Assembly: GCA_028023455.1 (NCBI GenBank)
Contig: JAQFVV010000010.1
Location: forward strand, 7,130,001 to 7,194,000
From: Epiperipatus broadwayi
Taxonomy: Eukaryota > Animalia > Onychophora
DNA: 64,000 nt
Direction of reading: 5' to 3'
This document shows positions 39,111 to 54,889 of this stretch, one piece after another. A program made the translations under genes and the position numbers. Under the pieces are notes generated by a model. It worked only from the letters and a program-made list of their open reading frames with translations. It had not been told where the DNA came from and did not search any database. Numbering within the stretch: the first letter of the stretch is position 1; every line of letters begins with the position of its first letter.

Positions 39111-40450
39111 TGTATCCTTCTTACTTTCATATAATGAAAATTATTTCAATATCATTGAAATCTAAATTTTATATAATTTCATTTTCTATACTTATAATAT
39201 AAGTTGCTTTTGGTAATGCTTGACTGTAAATTTTTTTTTTTTTATTAATTTAGAGAAAAATATCTCCCTAAAACAATTGTTAAAGGCAATGCTAGAAAAA
39301 TATGTAATACTTTTATTAAATTTGGAAACAATGCATTTAAATGTGGCAAAATACCATTTTGTAAAAAAATTTAAATGATTTCCTTTTCATATAATTATTT
39401 GAGAGACAAAATGCTTATGTGTTACATTGTCTGTGTTTTGACTGCAACAAAGCATTAATGAAGCCAGAAACAAAGTGTATTTACATTATAATGATAATGC
39501 ATATTGCCAATGTTTGAACTTGTCAAACACTGAATCACTTGAACAGAGTGATTAGATAAAATTAAATACTAAATAATTTTCTTATCTTTATGCCCCTACA
39601 AATCTGTCACTCCTAAATTGTGTTAACCAGGTGTCTCACACACTTTTGCACCCCAGAATGAAAGAGCCCTGTATATAAGAATAAGACAGCAGAAATATAT
39701 AAGCATACAATTGAATTTAAAAAATAGTCAAGAATGAATCCATGTGAAGGAAATATTTGCAGATCCACTTGTTGAGTAAATGTTGTCTTACAAAAATGCA
39801 CATTAAAAATAAATAAATATTTTGAAAAGCTGAAAATAAATCTTTTAAATACTAAATAAACAAATAATGTTTTTTATAAAGATATCAAATAGAACAAGTT
39901 TTATATTTAAATTGAAAATTTGTAAAAGCATGATATCAATTTTTCTGCAGAAAACATTTGAAATTGACTTTTTCATTTAACAAATTAATTATGAAAACAA
40001 TTAAATATTCTTTTAATAATTTGATATATTTTCACATGTTTATTTCATATTTTACAATGAAAAATATAAAGTATTTGCATCATTTTTGACATATGTATAT
40101 AACTTTTGAATAAGAATATAAGTATATTCAATATTACAGTTCATCTTTATATTACTAAGCACTATTACTGCCGCTAAGTAAATCTGTTGCTCATTTTTAA
40201 ACCATAAGTTTTAATATTCTAAACATTATTTATTAAATATTACTGAAAACAAATTGAGGTAATTAGGCAATAAATACTTCAGTCAGATTACCTGGTTATG
40301 TCCTCTGATTTTTAGCTCTAACAATTTATTCAAGCATCTCACAGTGGAGCAATATTACAGAAAAAAATTACATTATTTTATTTATCATTTTAGTAATTAT
40401 AAAGTTCGATGTTGTTATAACAATACATATTATAATGGGATTGCTGTTTT

Positions 40451-40620
40451 CCATATATATCTATACATCATATATATAACCATTTATAAGATTGCGTATA
40501 TATAACGCTACACGTATATGTATGATTGTGACGGAATCGCAGTTGTCCATCTATATATCACATATATATATAACCATTTATAAGATTGCATATATATAAC
40601 GCTACACATATATGAATAAT
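40451..40620. repeat. Tandem duplication, ~94-bp period
   Basis: ATATATATAACCATTTATAAGATTGC(G/A)TATATATAACGCTACAC(G/A)TATATG occurs twice. Confidence 0.9.
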
Positions 40621-43329
40621 TATAACGTAATTGTTTAAAAAAAATTCATTATTCTGAAAGTAATTCGAAACTGTACTCTATTTCTCACCCAGCATATTTA
40701 TGGACGTCACTTTCCGACTCCAAGCACCAATCTTACTTACATGTAAATAAAAATTATGCTGGAAGAGATAAATGGTGGCTCACTCAGGGTGGGTGGTTAT
40801 CAACCATGAGAAATATATGGGGATCCAGAAATGCACAAATAGACACTTAATCAAATCACTTATATGTTGTACAAATATAAACCTCTCGATCATTTTTTTT
40901 TAAAACAATCTTTTTTTTTAAAACCCGAAATGAAGGAAATCAACAAATATATACACTTTCACTTAAAAGATATCTAATCTTCATTAAAATGTAAAAATCA
41001 CAGAATATAATATTACAACTTTGTGCTCATATATTTTTGATACAACACATGCACGCACATATATTGCATAGATAATATAAACAAAAATCAGATAAAAAAA
41101 AATAAAGCAATTAAAAATCAAGTCCATTCCTGTACAAAATATACTTTGTGATGCAGAAAAGAATTATCTTGACTTTCAATAAAAGTCTCTACGCATTATC
41201 ATGGGAAAACATAATAATATTTGATAAATAAATATCGCTTAGAAAATGTTCATATTACCTGGATTTTCCCCGGGGATATAGACAAATATATATATATAGG
41301 AGTAACAGCATTGGTTTGCTTGATGCTATGACATTATAAATAGGTAATTTTGGATAGGTGTAGTTTGATCGATTCCTTAATATATGAAAAGTGTTCGATG
41401 AAAACAATTTCTATTTTACAGGTTCAAGAGTGGCTTCCTTCCAATGTAGACATCGGTTCCCGATCGTAGCATCTGCCATATCTTCGTAGGGTGGCTCGCA
41501 GAGCCCAGCACATTTTAGTTCTTATCCCAGCATGTTCATAGCTGACCGTTATATATATATATCTACACCAATCAGTTTTTTTTTCTCTCTAAAATCACCC
41601 TTGTAGAAATCCTTTTTTGAATCCCAGCTACAAAAGTTTTGACAGAAAAATTCCAATTAATTAATTTCAATTGTTTCTTTCCATTTATATTCTTCTCTCT
41701 TTTTTTTTAAAACCACATGTTATTTTAGATTTGTAAAAACCTTTTAGCACCTTTAGTTATTTTTTTTCTTGAGATCAAGGAAATTCCATTAACACCTGCA
41801 ATCTATTTTCAATAGCTCTTTCTTTATTTCTTTCTTGGCATTTTTCCTTTTTTATTTATTAAGATAACGATCTATGCAGTTTCTATATTTTTTTCCCATT
41901 TAATATCTCTTTTTTTATTATTATTATAACATACCATAACCTCCATCTTGAACATAAAATGTTGGTTTTATTATTCTTTAGTGAATCCACTTATTCATCT
42001 ATACAACAATATAACTACATGCGTTTTAAACAAAATACAAGAGCATAAATATTGTAACACCCCCCCCCATCCCTTCTATTTATTCTAACTCTTTCTATTA
42101 CCCTATTTAAAATATACACAAAACAAAAAAGAAACCAAATTTACTCCAAATTTTAACCATATATATATATGTGCGCATATATACAATTATTTGTTGGAAC
42201 AGGGTTTGAACCTAGCCCTGTTTCAATATGTTAAATGATTAAGACATAAGCCTTTATTTTATCAGTTACCATGTAATCAATAATCTGACAGATTCTAAAA
42301 ATGCTTTGCACTGCCACTGTTTTTATCTGTACATCAAAACCTTTACAATTTTTTCATCACCAACATAATTACTATGAATTAAGGTAGTCAACTGACTCTA
42401 GATTTAATGATTTTGAAATTAACATTATTAATATAAAAAATAAAAACAATTAAATTATATATGTCACTTTTAAGCGATCTTATTAATGTTATTATAAACA
42501 AAAAGGTACTTGTAATAATAGAAATCAGCATAGTTATAATATAGTTTATAACATTCCTATTAATAAAGCAAATATCTGTCAAATATCAATATTGCTGATA
42601 TAATATAAAAAATAATCATTAATTACAATTTCAGTATTGTTTGTATTTGTCTAATTTTATTTTTTTACTTTAATGGTTAGTGCATGCAATGTTAATGATT
42701 TTAAAAGATTGCATAGTTTTTTATGTGAAATAATTTCTTAAAAGTTAAATTTATATTGTAGAATTAATTGTACATAATTGTAAGTCAATCCTAATTCATT
42801 TTTAGCATTATTTGATATGCTATAGTAGAATATAATTTTCCTTAGAATTTTGTTTCAGCTTCACAAATTTAAAATTACATTATTGTTCTATTATTATTCT
42901 TATGTAGTTGAAATTATATAATTGTTCTTTGTTAGTTAAAGCTACATGAAAAATTGGAACTGGTAAAAAAAAATCATTGAACAGTTTTCAGTCATAATAT
43001 TTAATTTTATTACTACCTAGCATGATTTCAAATGTGATTATGAGTTCTTTATATCAGTGTTTACTTATTATCTAATAAGTTATTCGACATATTTAAATTT
43101 ATTCAAATTGCCCATTTCTTTAATATGGTAAACTTGCTTCTTTTTAGCTAATGTGAATATATTCATTAATTATCAGTTATTATATTTGCTCAGAAAGGAA
43201 GAAAATTAGTAACAGTTAAATTACAATAGATTCAATAAGTTGTGCCTCTTAATCTAAAGATTGCTTTTATTGTTTCAATTTCTAGAAAATAAAGCTAATA
43301 GACAAGACTACAGTAATTATCACTGAATA

Positions 43330-44300
43330 TTATCCACTATAGTAAAGATACTTTCAAGGATTTTTTATAAATGGCTTCAAGTCATCATTACTAAAGACTC
43401 ATTTTGGTTTTATAATATCCAGAAGCACTAGAGGCATGGTTTTTATTGCAAAACAAATGCAAAAAAAAGTATCGGGAACAAAAGAATAATCTATATATTC
43501 CTTTTATTGTTTGATTTAATTAATTGATCAGATCTATGGCATTGTTTAACATCAGTTAGTTGTCTATTAAAGTTTATTTATATTACAATAATTTGAAAAA
43601 ATAATTATTACAAGATGAAAATCTGAGCCATTTGAAATGAAAAACTGGTGTTAAGCAAGAATGTATTCTTGTTCCAATACTGGTTTTTTTAATTTATATG
43701 ACAACAGGCTATAGAACTGCTTATAGATGACTCGATGAATTAGAATCAAAAGTTTGATAATAAAATTTTTAATTGAAATAGATTCAAAATGAAAACATTT
43801 TCTTAAATTCTTGACTCATAATGTGCTAATAATTTTGCTATTTTTGCTAGTTCAAAAAATGATTTACAGGATGTACTAATTTGATTTAATAATTAATGTT
43901 CAATATAGTCAAATTTTTTAAGCAAGTGATGGAATGATTTATATGGAAGTGGAACTAAAGCATTAGAAAAGTTTAATTTAAAAATGTTCCTTAAAATTTT
44001 TAAGATGCAATGGCATGATCATAAAATGAAACATTATGTTATTTAACTTGTTGGATGTCACCATAAAATCATACTGACACCAGATTGGGCATTGACCAAT
44101 ACTATACTTCCTAAGAGGATATTTTATGATGAACTTATGCATAGTTTTCATAGAATGGATAATTTCATTTACATTATAAGAATTATCTCAGCAATATTCT
44201 AAAAGAAGTGAAATATTGACTTTCTATTGGGAAGATATGAAAGAGAATAGAACTACATTGGTATTAAATTATTTCAAAAGTGTTTTCTGAAGAAAAAAAA
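43330..44300 (+). mobile_element. Degenerate RTE-like LINE RT remnant
   Basis: Fragments read RSTRGMVF..KQMQKK.REQK and FEMKTGVKQECILVPIL (GVRQGCILSP motif). Many stops. Boundaries are approximate. Confidence 0.6.
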
Positions 44301-47099
44301 GTTAAAAGCATCATATTAGAAAAATGGACCAGCATGTTTTATATTTGAGTTTCACTAATTGATTTGTAAATTCATCTTTAGTGCCCCCCCCCCTTTTTTT
44401 TTTTCTCATGGAGAATGGCCAAACTTGTTTGAATTGTTTTGTAGACTAGGTTGCCTTGATTACCCATGATGGTCATAATAATATAGATATGCACTGTTCT
44501 AAATATGGAAATCACAGGACCTACATATGAAAATGTATTGGGAGACCACTATTTTGCAATGTTTTAATCTATTGTTTTAAAGTTTGATTTTTTTAATGTT
44601 TTTTTTTTCCTGATATGTAATTGATGAGAGATAGATTTGTGAATTTAATAAATTACAAGCGTTGTTTGCATTAGTCAATCCCAGCATTGTGCAAAAATTC
44701 ATTAAAATAGACCATTCGTTTTACGGCAATATAAAATGCAAAAAATGAATCCTCAGTAAACCATTTCTAAACATCACAAGTGAACAAACTAGTGTCTTAA
44801 AAAGCAACTTATTTACAAATTACTAACATACAACTTGCAAATATATAAATATCATAATTATAAACACACTAGTGTCAACAACTATGAAAATAAGAGTAAA
44901 TAATTTTACCTAATAATTAAAAAATTGATTCTCATAATTATTCAATTAAAATTAGAATGAATTGTTTTAATTAGGCTTTTCTTTACAGAATACCAATTTT
45001 TAAAGAGAATTGCTTGAAATGAAAAAAACCAATTCCCTAGTCATTAAATGCAAATCAATTACTATTATCATAGCTATTATACTAAGTTTATTTTATTCAT
45101 TATTTTAGTAAAAGCTCATTTTTATGTAACTGTTTTTGTTTTTACTGTAACCAAATAAAATATTCAATATTAACTTAATGAGAAATTTTCGATTGTACTA
45201 TTAATTAAGTAAAGCCCTATCTAATCATACGGATTTAATTACGTTACGTAAAAACGAAACTCGACAAAAATAACGTCACATTTGTTTGTTGTTGTTTTTT
45301 TTTTAATATTTCTCCATTTTGTTAGACTTTGAATATATCTTAAAAAACAAATATTTAAAAACAATTATTATTGTTCTTCTAACAGTCAAGACTAGGATTA
45401 TTTCATTCAATATCCTAGTAAATCCGTTAATTAAATTAAAGGAATATTGTTTACCTTGTACTCATTTTAATTTATTAAACTTTGGCAGGTTATAAAACTG
45501 TCTCGACGATAAATTGTATCCCCATTGTTACTTCCAAAAAAGTGAATCGATTAGATTATCTCAGCTGGCTTATTTTTTATAAAAATGAGAAAATAACAAT
45601 TCATCACATGTCAATACAGGTTTATCAACTATTTGCAAATAAATAACAGAACAATTATCAATTTTCAACTTATTAACTCCTCCCAAACAAGAAAATAATG
45701 GTTAAAAAAAAAAACACGATATAACTCCTCAAGTTTCAAGCATTCAACAAAACAATTTTAAAAATAAGAGTTTGAATTTTATATTGAAAAGAATTTGTTA
45801 GTAATAAAAAGGAATTTAAAAAATTGGAAGAAATGAGATTAACCTGACACGCTGTTAAAATCACAAACTACCGATGGGGTCCATAGGTGTCGAATAATGG
45901 AATGACCTTCAGATATGAGAGTTAATTGTGAATAACCAATGAACACAATCCGACCAAGATTATCTCTTCTTACTGCTCTGTAGAAAGTTATGGTTTCTAA
46001 GTAATCTTTTCTGACTTCCCATTTTCTTTATTGACTTCAATTACACTAGTTGGTGTAGGCCAGTCAACACGAGCCTTTCATACCATTTATGATTTCCATA
46101 TATTAGCTGTGAAAGTAGGATTGCACGTTTGTGTTTCCATCTTTTAACCACGATCACGACAATTTTGACTTAAATTCATTCTTATGTCATTTATTCCGTG
46201 GGGGGGGGGGGGGCTCATCTCCTAAAAATTAAGAAAGTAGTGACAGGGTCAGGATTAAGTAAATTTACTCAAGGCTGTACAATCATAAATTGGGTTTGAA
46301 TTGGAATTGGGACAGGAGTTTCAGCCTGGCAAAAACTACATTAAGACAACTAATTATATGTAAGCATTCTTTTGCCATCACCAAAATGGAAGTTAACCTT
46401 TAAAAAATCTAAAATGGGCCTGTCTCATATTGTCTGGCTAGAAGGTCATATATGGTGAATTGCTCATCCATAGTATCATAAGTAGAAATGGTAAAGCAAA
46501 AGACAACAATGGCAATACTATAATTTTTTTTTTTCTACCATGGAATGTATGACCATTTGATAAAAATTCTTTACAGGACAGCATTAGTAGTTAAAATATC
46601 AAAATTTAATAACATTTATATAGCTACTCAAGCTTTTTGAAAGCATAGATGAACCAGAGAAAAAAGACTACATGGTAGTGGGTTGATATGTACATAGATA
46701 AGTAGTAATGTAGGTAGGTAACACATCAACAAATCAATGAAAGGCTAATAATGTTGCAACTTAACTGGCACAATGCTATTAGTGATCATGTTTATCAATG
46801 CATATATTTGTAATATTAGATTCTGAAAAAAAAAGTTTTTATTCTTTACTAGACAGCATTCTTATAGCAAACATTAAAAGATAAAATTTTTCTTCTCTGA
46901 AATTAATGTATATGTTGGTACAAATAGTAGACTTCAGCCAAAGTTGTTGGAAATAATAATAGTATTGGTGTCATAAATTCAAATGAAGTGTCATTACTGC
47001 ATTTTTGTATAACACATGGATTGAATACCATAAGTACTTTGTTTAGGCAAAAAATTGCTGTAAAGAAAATGGATAGATCTATATTCAAAACAAGAATAT

Positions 47100-49100
47100 T
47101 TAAGAGATTATCTTATAGTATGGATCAGAATACAAACCAAGTTCATATTACATGAAATAATGCTTTTACTCTTTGCTAGATTTTTCTTAGGAGACTAATG
47201 CTTGTTAGTACAAACAGTAAACTTTGGTTAAAAGTTGGTAATAATGATATTGGTGCTGTAAATTCAAATAGTCTGTTATTGATTTTTTTTTTACGCAAAA
47301 CAGTAATTGATCATCACAAACACTTTGTAGAGACAGAAAATTTTCTGTAAAGGAAATGGATATATTTATGCTCAGTATAATAATATTTAATGATTTGCTT
47401 TATACTAAAAATCAGAATTTAAAAAAAGCTTATAAATGGGGACTTGTAAGTGAAGATTATTAGATAGATCATTAATTTACTTCAAGATTAAAATGACAGT
47501 TCATTAAAAAAAATAGATCTAATTCTAATCATACAAAAAAATTGAAGTTCATTCTTTAGAAACAACTAATATTTATGCTAAATTATATTACCTATTAAAC
47601 ACTATATTGCTATCTTGGACTTATATAGAATTGTCAAATTTTTTTATCGTAGATACCATAGCATGGAATTCTCTTAAGGAGCATGTTATGAATTCAAAAA
47701 AAATCTATTCTTAAGTTTACTTTAAAAAAGAATAATTAGTGACTTTCTGACAATATTATTAGGGATTTGATTTTTTTAAAAATACATATGGCATTAATGC
47801 AAGGTTTTATAATCAATACAGAGATTTAAAGGAAGATGATCAATGAGTGATGAGAAGATTCCAAAACAATTAGCAGATTAAAACCGCAAAGAATATCCAG
47901 ATACTTATTGTTACGATCCATTTTAGATTTTTTTTTTTTTTTGATACATTTAAAAGTGACATATAGATCTGAAAAAAGCTATCATAATCTTATTAAATCC
48001 ATCAAAGGCAAATTTCAAGATAATGGTAATGAATAAATGGAAGGAGCGGTTTTTAATGATATATTCATTTTCTCTATATCTATTCATTTAGATCTGGATA
48101 AAGATATCCAGTTTAATGGTCAAATTACCCTTGATAATCTTAAAAATGATAAATCTATAGATACTAATGAAATACTAAGGAAGTTTTAAAATATGGTGGT
48201 GATATGTTAGCATCAAAAATATTGTAATTTTATAGGAATGTACAGATTAATAAATTTGTGCCACTGACATTAAAGATGGTTCTGTTATATCACTTTTTAA
48301 AAATAATGGAAATACCTGAGATTGTGATATAGAAATAGTACTTTCAATGACTTCGTTGAATAGATTGTTGCCAGTTTTAGATGAATAATTACTAGAAATT
48401 CAATGTGGTTTTAGAGAATAAAAAAGCATTATAGACATGATTTTGTTATGAAACAAATGCAAATAAAGGATGAGAAGCTCAATTAATTGAACAGGTCTAT
48501 AACATTATTTTGGATTGGTTTTCCATCAACGGTATTCATATTAGGGTGCTTCTACATGATGGAATAAGAAGAATTATTACAAAAGAGAAAAATATAGTGT
48601 ACTAATTTCAATTTTGCTTTCAAATTTTATGATAGTGGTCTCTGAAACAGTTTATAGGTGATTTATATTTCAAAAATTCCAAATTTTTTATCAACTAGTG
48701 ATGGAAGAAAAATTTTCAGCAACTTTTAGCTTGGATAGTTATCAACTTGAGAATATAAACTAATCCACATATATTGTTAGTTTTTTATGTAGAAAGATGG
48801 ACTTTGGTATAGCATGAAGTTTAATACATTGCTGTTACTTTTAACAAATAAATAACTACTGCAACTAATAATTATATATTTAATATTTTTACCTAAAATA
48901 GTGTATAAAAGTGAAACTTATATCTATTGTTGACTTAATATAAAGGCATTAGAAAAAATTGAGTTAAAGTGTAAAATTATATCTTTGTTGGATTGAATAT
49001 ATGAAATGAGTGAACTTGCTAAAAAAATATTTTATATTGAACTTAAGCTTAGATTTCATGGAATAGATATCATTTACATTATCAAGATTACCTAAAAGAC
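47100..49100 (+). mobile_element. Degenerate RTE-like LINE remnant (endonuclease plus RT)
   Basis: LGDxNA-like motif near 47190 and QCGFRExKSIIDMI..MKQMQ near 48400. Heavily decayed. Confidence 0.5.
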
Positions 49101-50044
49101 ATTTTAGGACAGTGCAATATTGATTGTTTTCATTGGGGAGATATGGCTGAGAAGCCAATATATTAAAAAATTAGAATTAGACATGGTATTGAAATCTTTA
49201 AGAAAAAAAAAATTTTCTACACAAACTATAGCAGCCCAAAAATATCAAATAAATAGAGTAATGGATTAGTAATGTTTCTGTATGTGGATGTGTGAGGGTG
49301 ATTCACAGACTATTTACAAAACTCATTTCTAGCATTTGATTTTTTTTTTTTTGTCTTTTTATTTTTTTTTTACCTCTTGGAGCAGCAATAGCTGCTTTCA
49401 TTCGCTGATGATAATATATATATATCAAATGCTACATAAGTGATAGCAAATATGTACTTTAGGCTACAATAATTATTTTTACTTTCACTCCAAAAAATAA
49501 TGAAAGTATTATTATTAAAAACAACTTTGTATTTAAGCATTGATTTTTAATTTACATGTTTGTGTACTCTATAGTAACCAAAAAAAGATCCAAATCTGGA
49601 TCTAAAGATAGCCAAGTAATCTTTATAATTATCAATGATTGCAGTTAAATATATAAACCAAACTAAGTATCCTCATTAGTCATTTGCCAAAAAGAAGGAT
49701 TCATGTATCAACTCTCACACTACTGTCTTCAAGCACTTCTACCACTTAACACCTCTTTTCAAAAACACATATCTCCCATCAAATATACTACTTATATATA
49801 TCTCCCATCAAATATACTGCTCGTAATTTCAAATTTCCCAATAATAGCTTAAAATCTTTTATGCTATTTCTCTTTAATATTCAAATAATCTGATTTAGTC
49901 TATCAAAACCTTTTTTAAAAATTAATAACTAATATTAGCCTTAGCCTATTTCTCTTTAACAATTTATCTTCCCTTCCACCCTCCTTCTCTCTCTATATAT
50001 ATATCTATCTGTCTACATATATTTATTATTATACTTTTTCATAA

Positions 50045-51290
50045 TTATCATCATCAATGGCACTCTGTCCTATGGAAAAATCCAGAGAACAGTCACAGCC
50101 AATTCTGTTCTGTACATTGCCCAGATCTTCAAATCCATACAGCTTTTACCATCTCTTACATATCCAGCAAGATCAATATTTTCATTCACCATCCCCTCCA
50201 AAACATCATATAAACTATTCTTACTTCTTAGTAAATGTCCAATCCAGTTTCTCCTTCTATCTCCTTAATTTTCTTTTTTTTTTTTTCATTTACTCTTTCT
50301 AAAACTTCCTCATTTGTCATTTTATTTATCCAATTTTCTTTGACCTTCTCCATGACTATATCTCAAAGGCTTTCAAACTATTTTTTTAACCCATTATCCA
50401 TGTTTTACAACCATACAATAATACAATCTACACATAATACTTAGTTAATTTTTTTCTTAATTCTCTCTTCAAAAGGCCACAAAATATTTTTTCTCTTAAT
50501 AAATGCCTCTATTGTTAATGGTATTCATCTTATAATTTCATCTTCACTTCTTCCATTTTCATTTCAACTAACTAATCCAAATATCTAAATCCATTCACTT
50601 GCTAAATTATATTATAAATATCAACTTGAATTCTTTTTGCATTCTTCCCTGTCCATAAAAAGTCTTTTCAACATTAGTCTTCATTCCATATTTCATACAA
50701 CATTCTTCTGATTTATTTAACTTACTCTAAAAATTCCCTTCATTCTTAGTTATAAGAGACTTCTCAAATATTACATTTTATTTTTCTATTTCCAATATCA
50801 GGTCCTCCATAGTCTAAATATTTATCTAACATGTCTTCTAAATAAATGCTTAAAACCACAAATTGCATACAACATGTTTATCTAATTCTTTTCTATACTC
50901 ACTTCTTCAGACTCCCCTTTCTATATTCACTTCTTCAGTCCATTATTCTCCAATCTGATTTTTATTCTTTGCCCACCAATCTTCTCTCCAAAATACTCCT
51001 TTATTTTTCAAGATAATCATAGATTTATTCCAGATTACTCTATTAAATGCTTTTTCCAAATTGACAAAACATATACAAATTCCTTTACCTTTTTCAATAT
51101 AACTCTTTGCAAGCATTCTAATAACACCAATAACATCTCTTGTACTTTTCTCTCCCTGAAAATCAAATTGCTTCTCTCCAATATAATATTCTACCTTTCC
51201 ATAAATTTTTTTTGAATTAAAATCGTTAATATTTTTGAAGCATGAGTTAAGCGTATTGTCCTGTACTCTTCGCATCTAATAGCTTTCTTA
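50045..51290 (-). mobile_element. RTE-clade LINE remnant (RT plus 3' end)
   Basis: ORF 50943-51275 reads QFDFQGEKSTRDVIGVIRML...ICFVNLEKAFNRVIWNK. The 3' end near 50060-50200 has a (GAT)n tail. Confidence 0.85.
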
Positions 51291-51408
51291 GAAATTAGTC
51301 ATCACAGTTTCATAACTACTATATTTTATTTTTATATTAACTATTTTTGATGTCTTAATGTGCAGAATTTTTAAATTAAATTGCCACAGGTATGATATAT
51401 ATATATAT

Positions 51409-52163
51409 CAATGGTGGCCTGTGAAATTTTTAAGAAAGGGTGCTTTATTCCAGTACTGCTGCCAAAACGTAAGCAAGGAAAACAAAACAGAGCAGTTTGC
51501 AACCACATAATAATTGTATTTTTCCATCAATCACTGTTAAAAGACATAATGTATTTTTTTTTTTTTCTACTGACAGCCATTTGACATAATATCTGGACTA
51601 GATCAACCTTTATTTCTTTTTACTTCAATTTTTTCATGTAATGACAATTGGGATTTTTTTTTTTTAATATTCAACACTAACACCCATTGTGATTACATTT
51701 TTCTGTAATAAATGTTTATATGTTAATTTTTTAAATATTATTTAGAAGAAAAAAACATTATTTTTTGCTCATCCCAAATGAAAACAAAAATGTATTCATT
51801 CTGAAGAGAAACTTGAATAGATAAACAAACCAAGCTCAAATAATTATTGACCCTGCAACAGTGAGCAGCTCCAATCATGCTATTACACACATTGATAAAA
51901 GCAAATAAATGTTGGCAAAACTTGCTGAAATTCATTGAATATGATTTTTTCTGGCACTGCTATAATTAGCAGCATCTTTGAATAGAATCTCCAACCATCA
52001 CTTAAAATATTTTTTTCTAAAAAGGTTTAATTACTTGTATTTTTAATAAAATGCAAAATATTGAAAGATTATTATACGATTGATATTTTCAAGCACAAAT
52101 TTAATAATTAATTTTTTTTCTATGGGTGCTAGAGTGCCGCAGTACTTATGCCAGCCACCATTG
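51409..52163. mobile_element. MITE with short TIRs inserted in a TA run
   Basis: Left CAATGGTGGC(C) and right GCCACCATTG, both flanked by ATATAT. Superfamily not assignable. Confidence 0.7.
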
Positions 52164-54889
52164 ATATATATGTTTAAAATGTATGCTAAATATATAGTAT
52201 AAGAAAGACAAAGTTAAGACAGTATAACCGAATGAAAGAATGGCATGGAAATTGAATAACAAAATCATAAAATAAAGGATTGAATGTGTGCATATTAAAG
52301 ATTTTAGTATAATATATAAGTTTGTAATAAATTTAAACAGCCATCTAACAAAACATTTTGGATGTGAGATAAAATAAATAACTGTACTGGTTAAATAAAT
52401 ATGGTCAATGTATAGGTTGGCAGGAGCTGTAAAATTTTATAGTTTAAGTTATGAATGTTGCAATATTTACACAGTTATATTTAAACAAGTATTGGCAACT
52501 CATACAAATTGTACAGATCATAAAGTCAGTGATATTCATAGGCCTTAGATCTAAATCAAATTTACTTTCACAAATAAGGAGAATGGATGGATTAAAATAT
52601 GGGTAATATTGAATTTGTTGTGAAATACACAGAAGATTTATATTGGGGATTTTGAGAGTTCAAATAATTTGTTTAAAAAGAAAAAGTAATTTCAAATCCC
52701 CCCCCCACACACACACACACATACATGGGGTATGTATAGGAAAAACTGCCATTAATATCCTGGGTTAACTGCTGATCTTTATGTTTTGGGATAAAATACT
52801 GTATAGTCATGAGGTAGTTTATTAGTTTTCTCTATGTATTGATATGTTAATTAGCTACTTATTTATTTACATACTTGTGAATAGCTTGATTAACAAACTT
52901 AGTTGTTGCTTTTTTTAATATATTATTTATGGCTCTTGTTACTTTTACCATAAGCCCAGTTATTTTTATTGCATAATTTTTCAATGTGGTAATTTCTGAT
53001 GTGTACAAAGTGAATTATATGATAAATTACCTATATTTTTTTAACTTCAGTCAAATTACAAGTCAATTGATCAGATATGTTGGCCATTTTATGAATTGCA
53101 TAATTTAAAAATATTATATCAATATATAGATGGGAAAATGAAATATTTATCAAACAAATATTATACCTTTTTATTGACACACTGAATTTTATTAATTAAA
53201 TATATCTAAACATTAACATGTAACTGAATTATATGCAACAAAACAATTTTTAAAGATTGTGTATCTCTTTTTAAAAAAATTATTAAACACTTCTATTTAT
53301 CAGACCAAAACTTTAAAACAATTAAAATCTAATTAATTGAAAATACCAATTAAACATAGGGTACAATGACTGCTCATTCTTCCAAAAGGTGCTAAAAGTG
53401 TATAGAAACCAATGCCTACCTTGTGTGAGTGTTGTGTAATAAAAAAGTTTAATTAAAGCAGTTAACACGGGTATAGAGATTCGGGTCTCTAGTTCACCTG
53501 ATGAGGCACAGTGAGAAAGAATGGTTTGAGGTTTTTACATTGATGAATGATTATGACAATGGAAATGAGAAGGATGCATTGATAAAAAAAATATTTTAAC
53601 TTAAAACTAGGTTTACACGTTTATTTTTAATCTTGTAATATAAATTAATTATATAAAACATCTATATTATTTAATTATAACATTCTTGGGTGGATTATTT
53701 TTTCACCAATTGTGCATTATTAATAATTATTCTATAAAAACAACAGATAAAAATGTAATCAAAAAGCATACACCTAGATGTCACTGTGTAATTTTCTTGA
53801 ATTTCATCTAAAGATATTTAATCTTAGATAAAATTAAAGAAGGGCTTCAGCAAAGTTCAAATATAAATATCTTTTAAGGTCATTTTTAAACATTTGATGG
53901 TCTTTTATACAAATATGATTTTACAAAGTTAAATTAACTACATAAAATATGTCAGCATGTTAGAACATTAAGTGTAACATACAATCAAGCTTTAATTTCA
54001 AATAAAAATTCTTTGATAGCTTATTTTAATAAGCAGGATGAAAAAAGAACCAAAAAATCAAATAATCATGTCTTAAAATAGTTGATGCCTTGCATTTTAT
54101 TTACTATAACTTTCATGTGCAGAATCAATGCATATATAAATACCATACACCTTATTAATTTATCTATATTAACTAACATGCTATATAAATTTTTCAATCT
54201 GACAATTTATCCCATATAAATTTTAGTACCATTTGAACAAAAATAAACATAATTTTCAATCATCATTATACATCAGAATATTTCAGAATTCCATAAAGTT
54301 ATATAAATTATTCGTTTATATATTATGCAATAGACAAGCTAAAACTGTCCCTAGTCTTAAATAAATTCATTCTGCTGATAGAAAACGCTGCCTACCAGTT
54401 AAATTAGCAACTAATTTATAAATCTTTAATTTTTCAATTAATGGAACATGATTAACCTGCAAATATATAAGTAATTTAAATTAAATCACATTTACACATT
54501 CAAGATCATCAAGAATGATATGTTGAGCCATTATTGATTAATTTTTAATGAAATTATCTGATAAAAGTCCAAGTTTGCTCCAAGTAATTAAAAATAAAAT
54601 AGGTGTGAACCATTTAGCTAAAATATGAAAATCAACAAAGATGCAGCTAATCATATACGAGCTGCAAAGCATATAAATACAAAAAGGGTCAGAGAAAATC
54701 ATTTACTAGTCTGTGTTTCACATTAAATAGAATTAGGAAACAGAAAATTAGTGCTTTACAGAATATCTGAGAATTAAAAATGTCTAAAAAAAACTTCCAT
54801 TTCCAACACTATCAGAAATTTTTCAGAAAACATTATCATGAGCATACATACAGCTTATTGGTTCGTTCATCTAATTGCTGTCTAACAAA

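Noticed and set aside
53495-53530. CTGATGAG...GAGAAAG hammerhead-like string
   Set aside because: Stem II cannot form (GGCACAGTGA) and there is no stem I or III pairing. At best it is a deleted relic.
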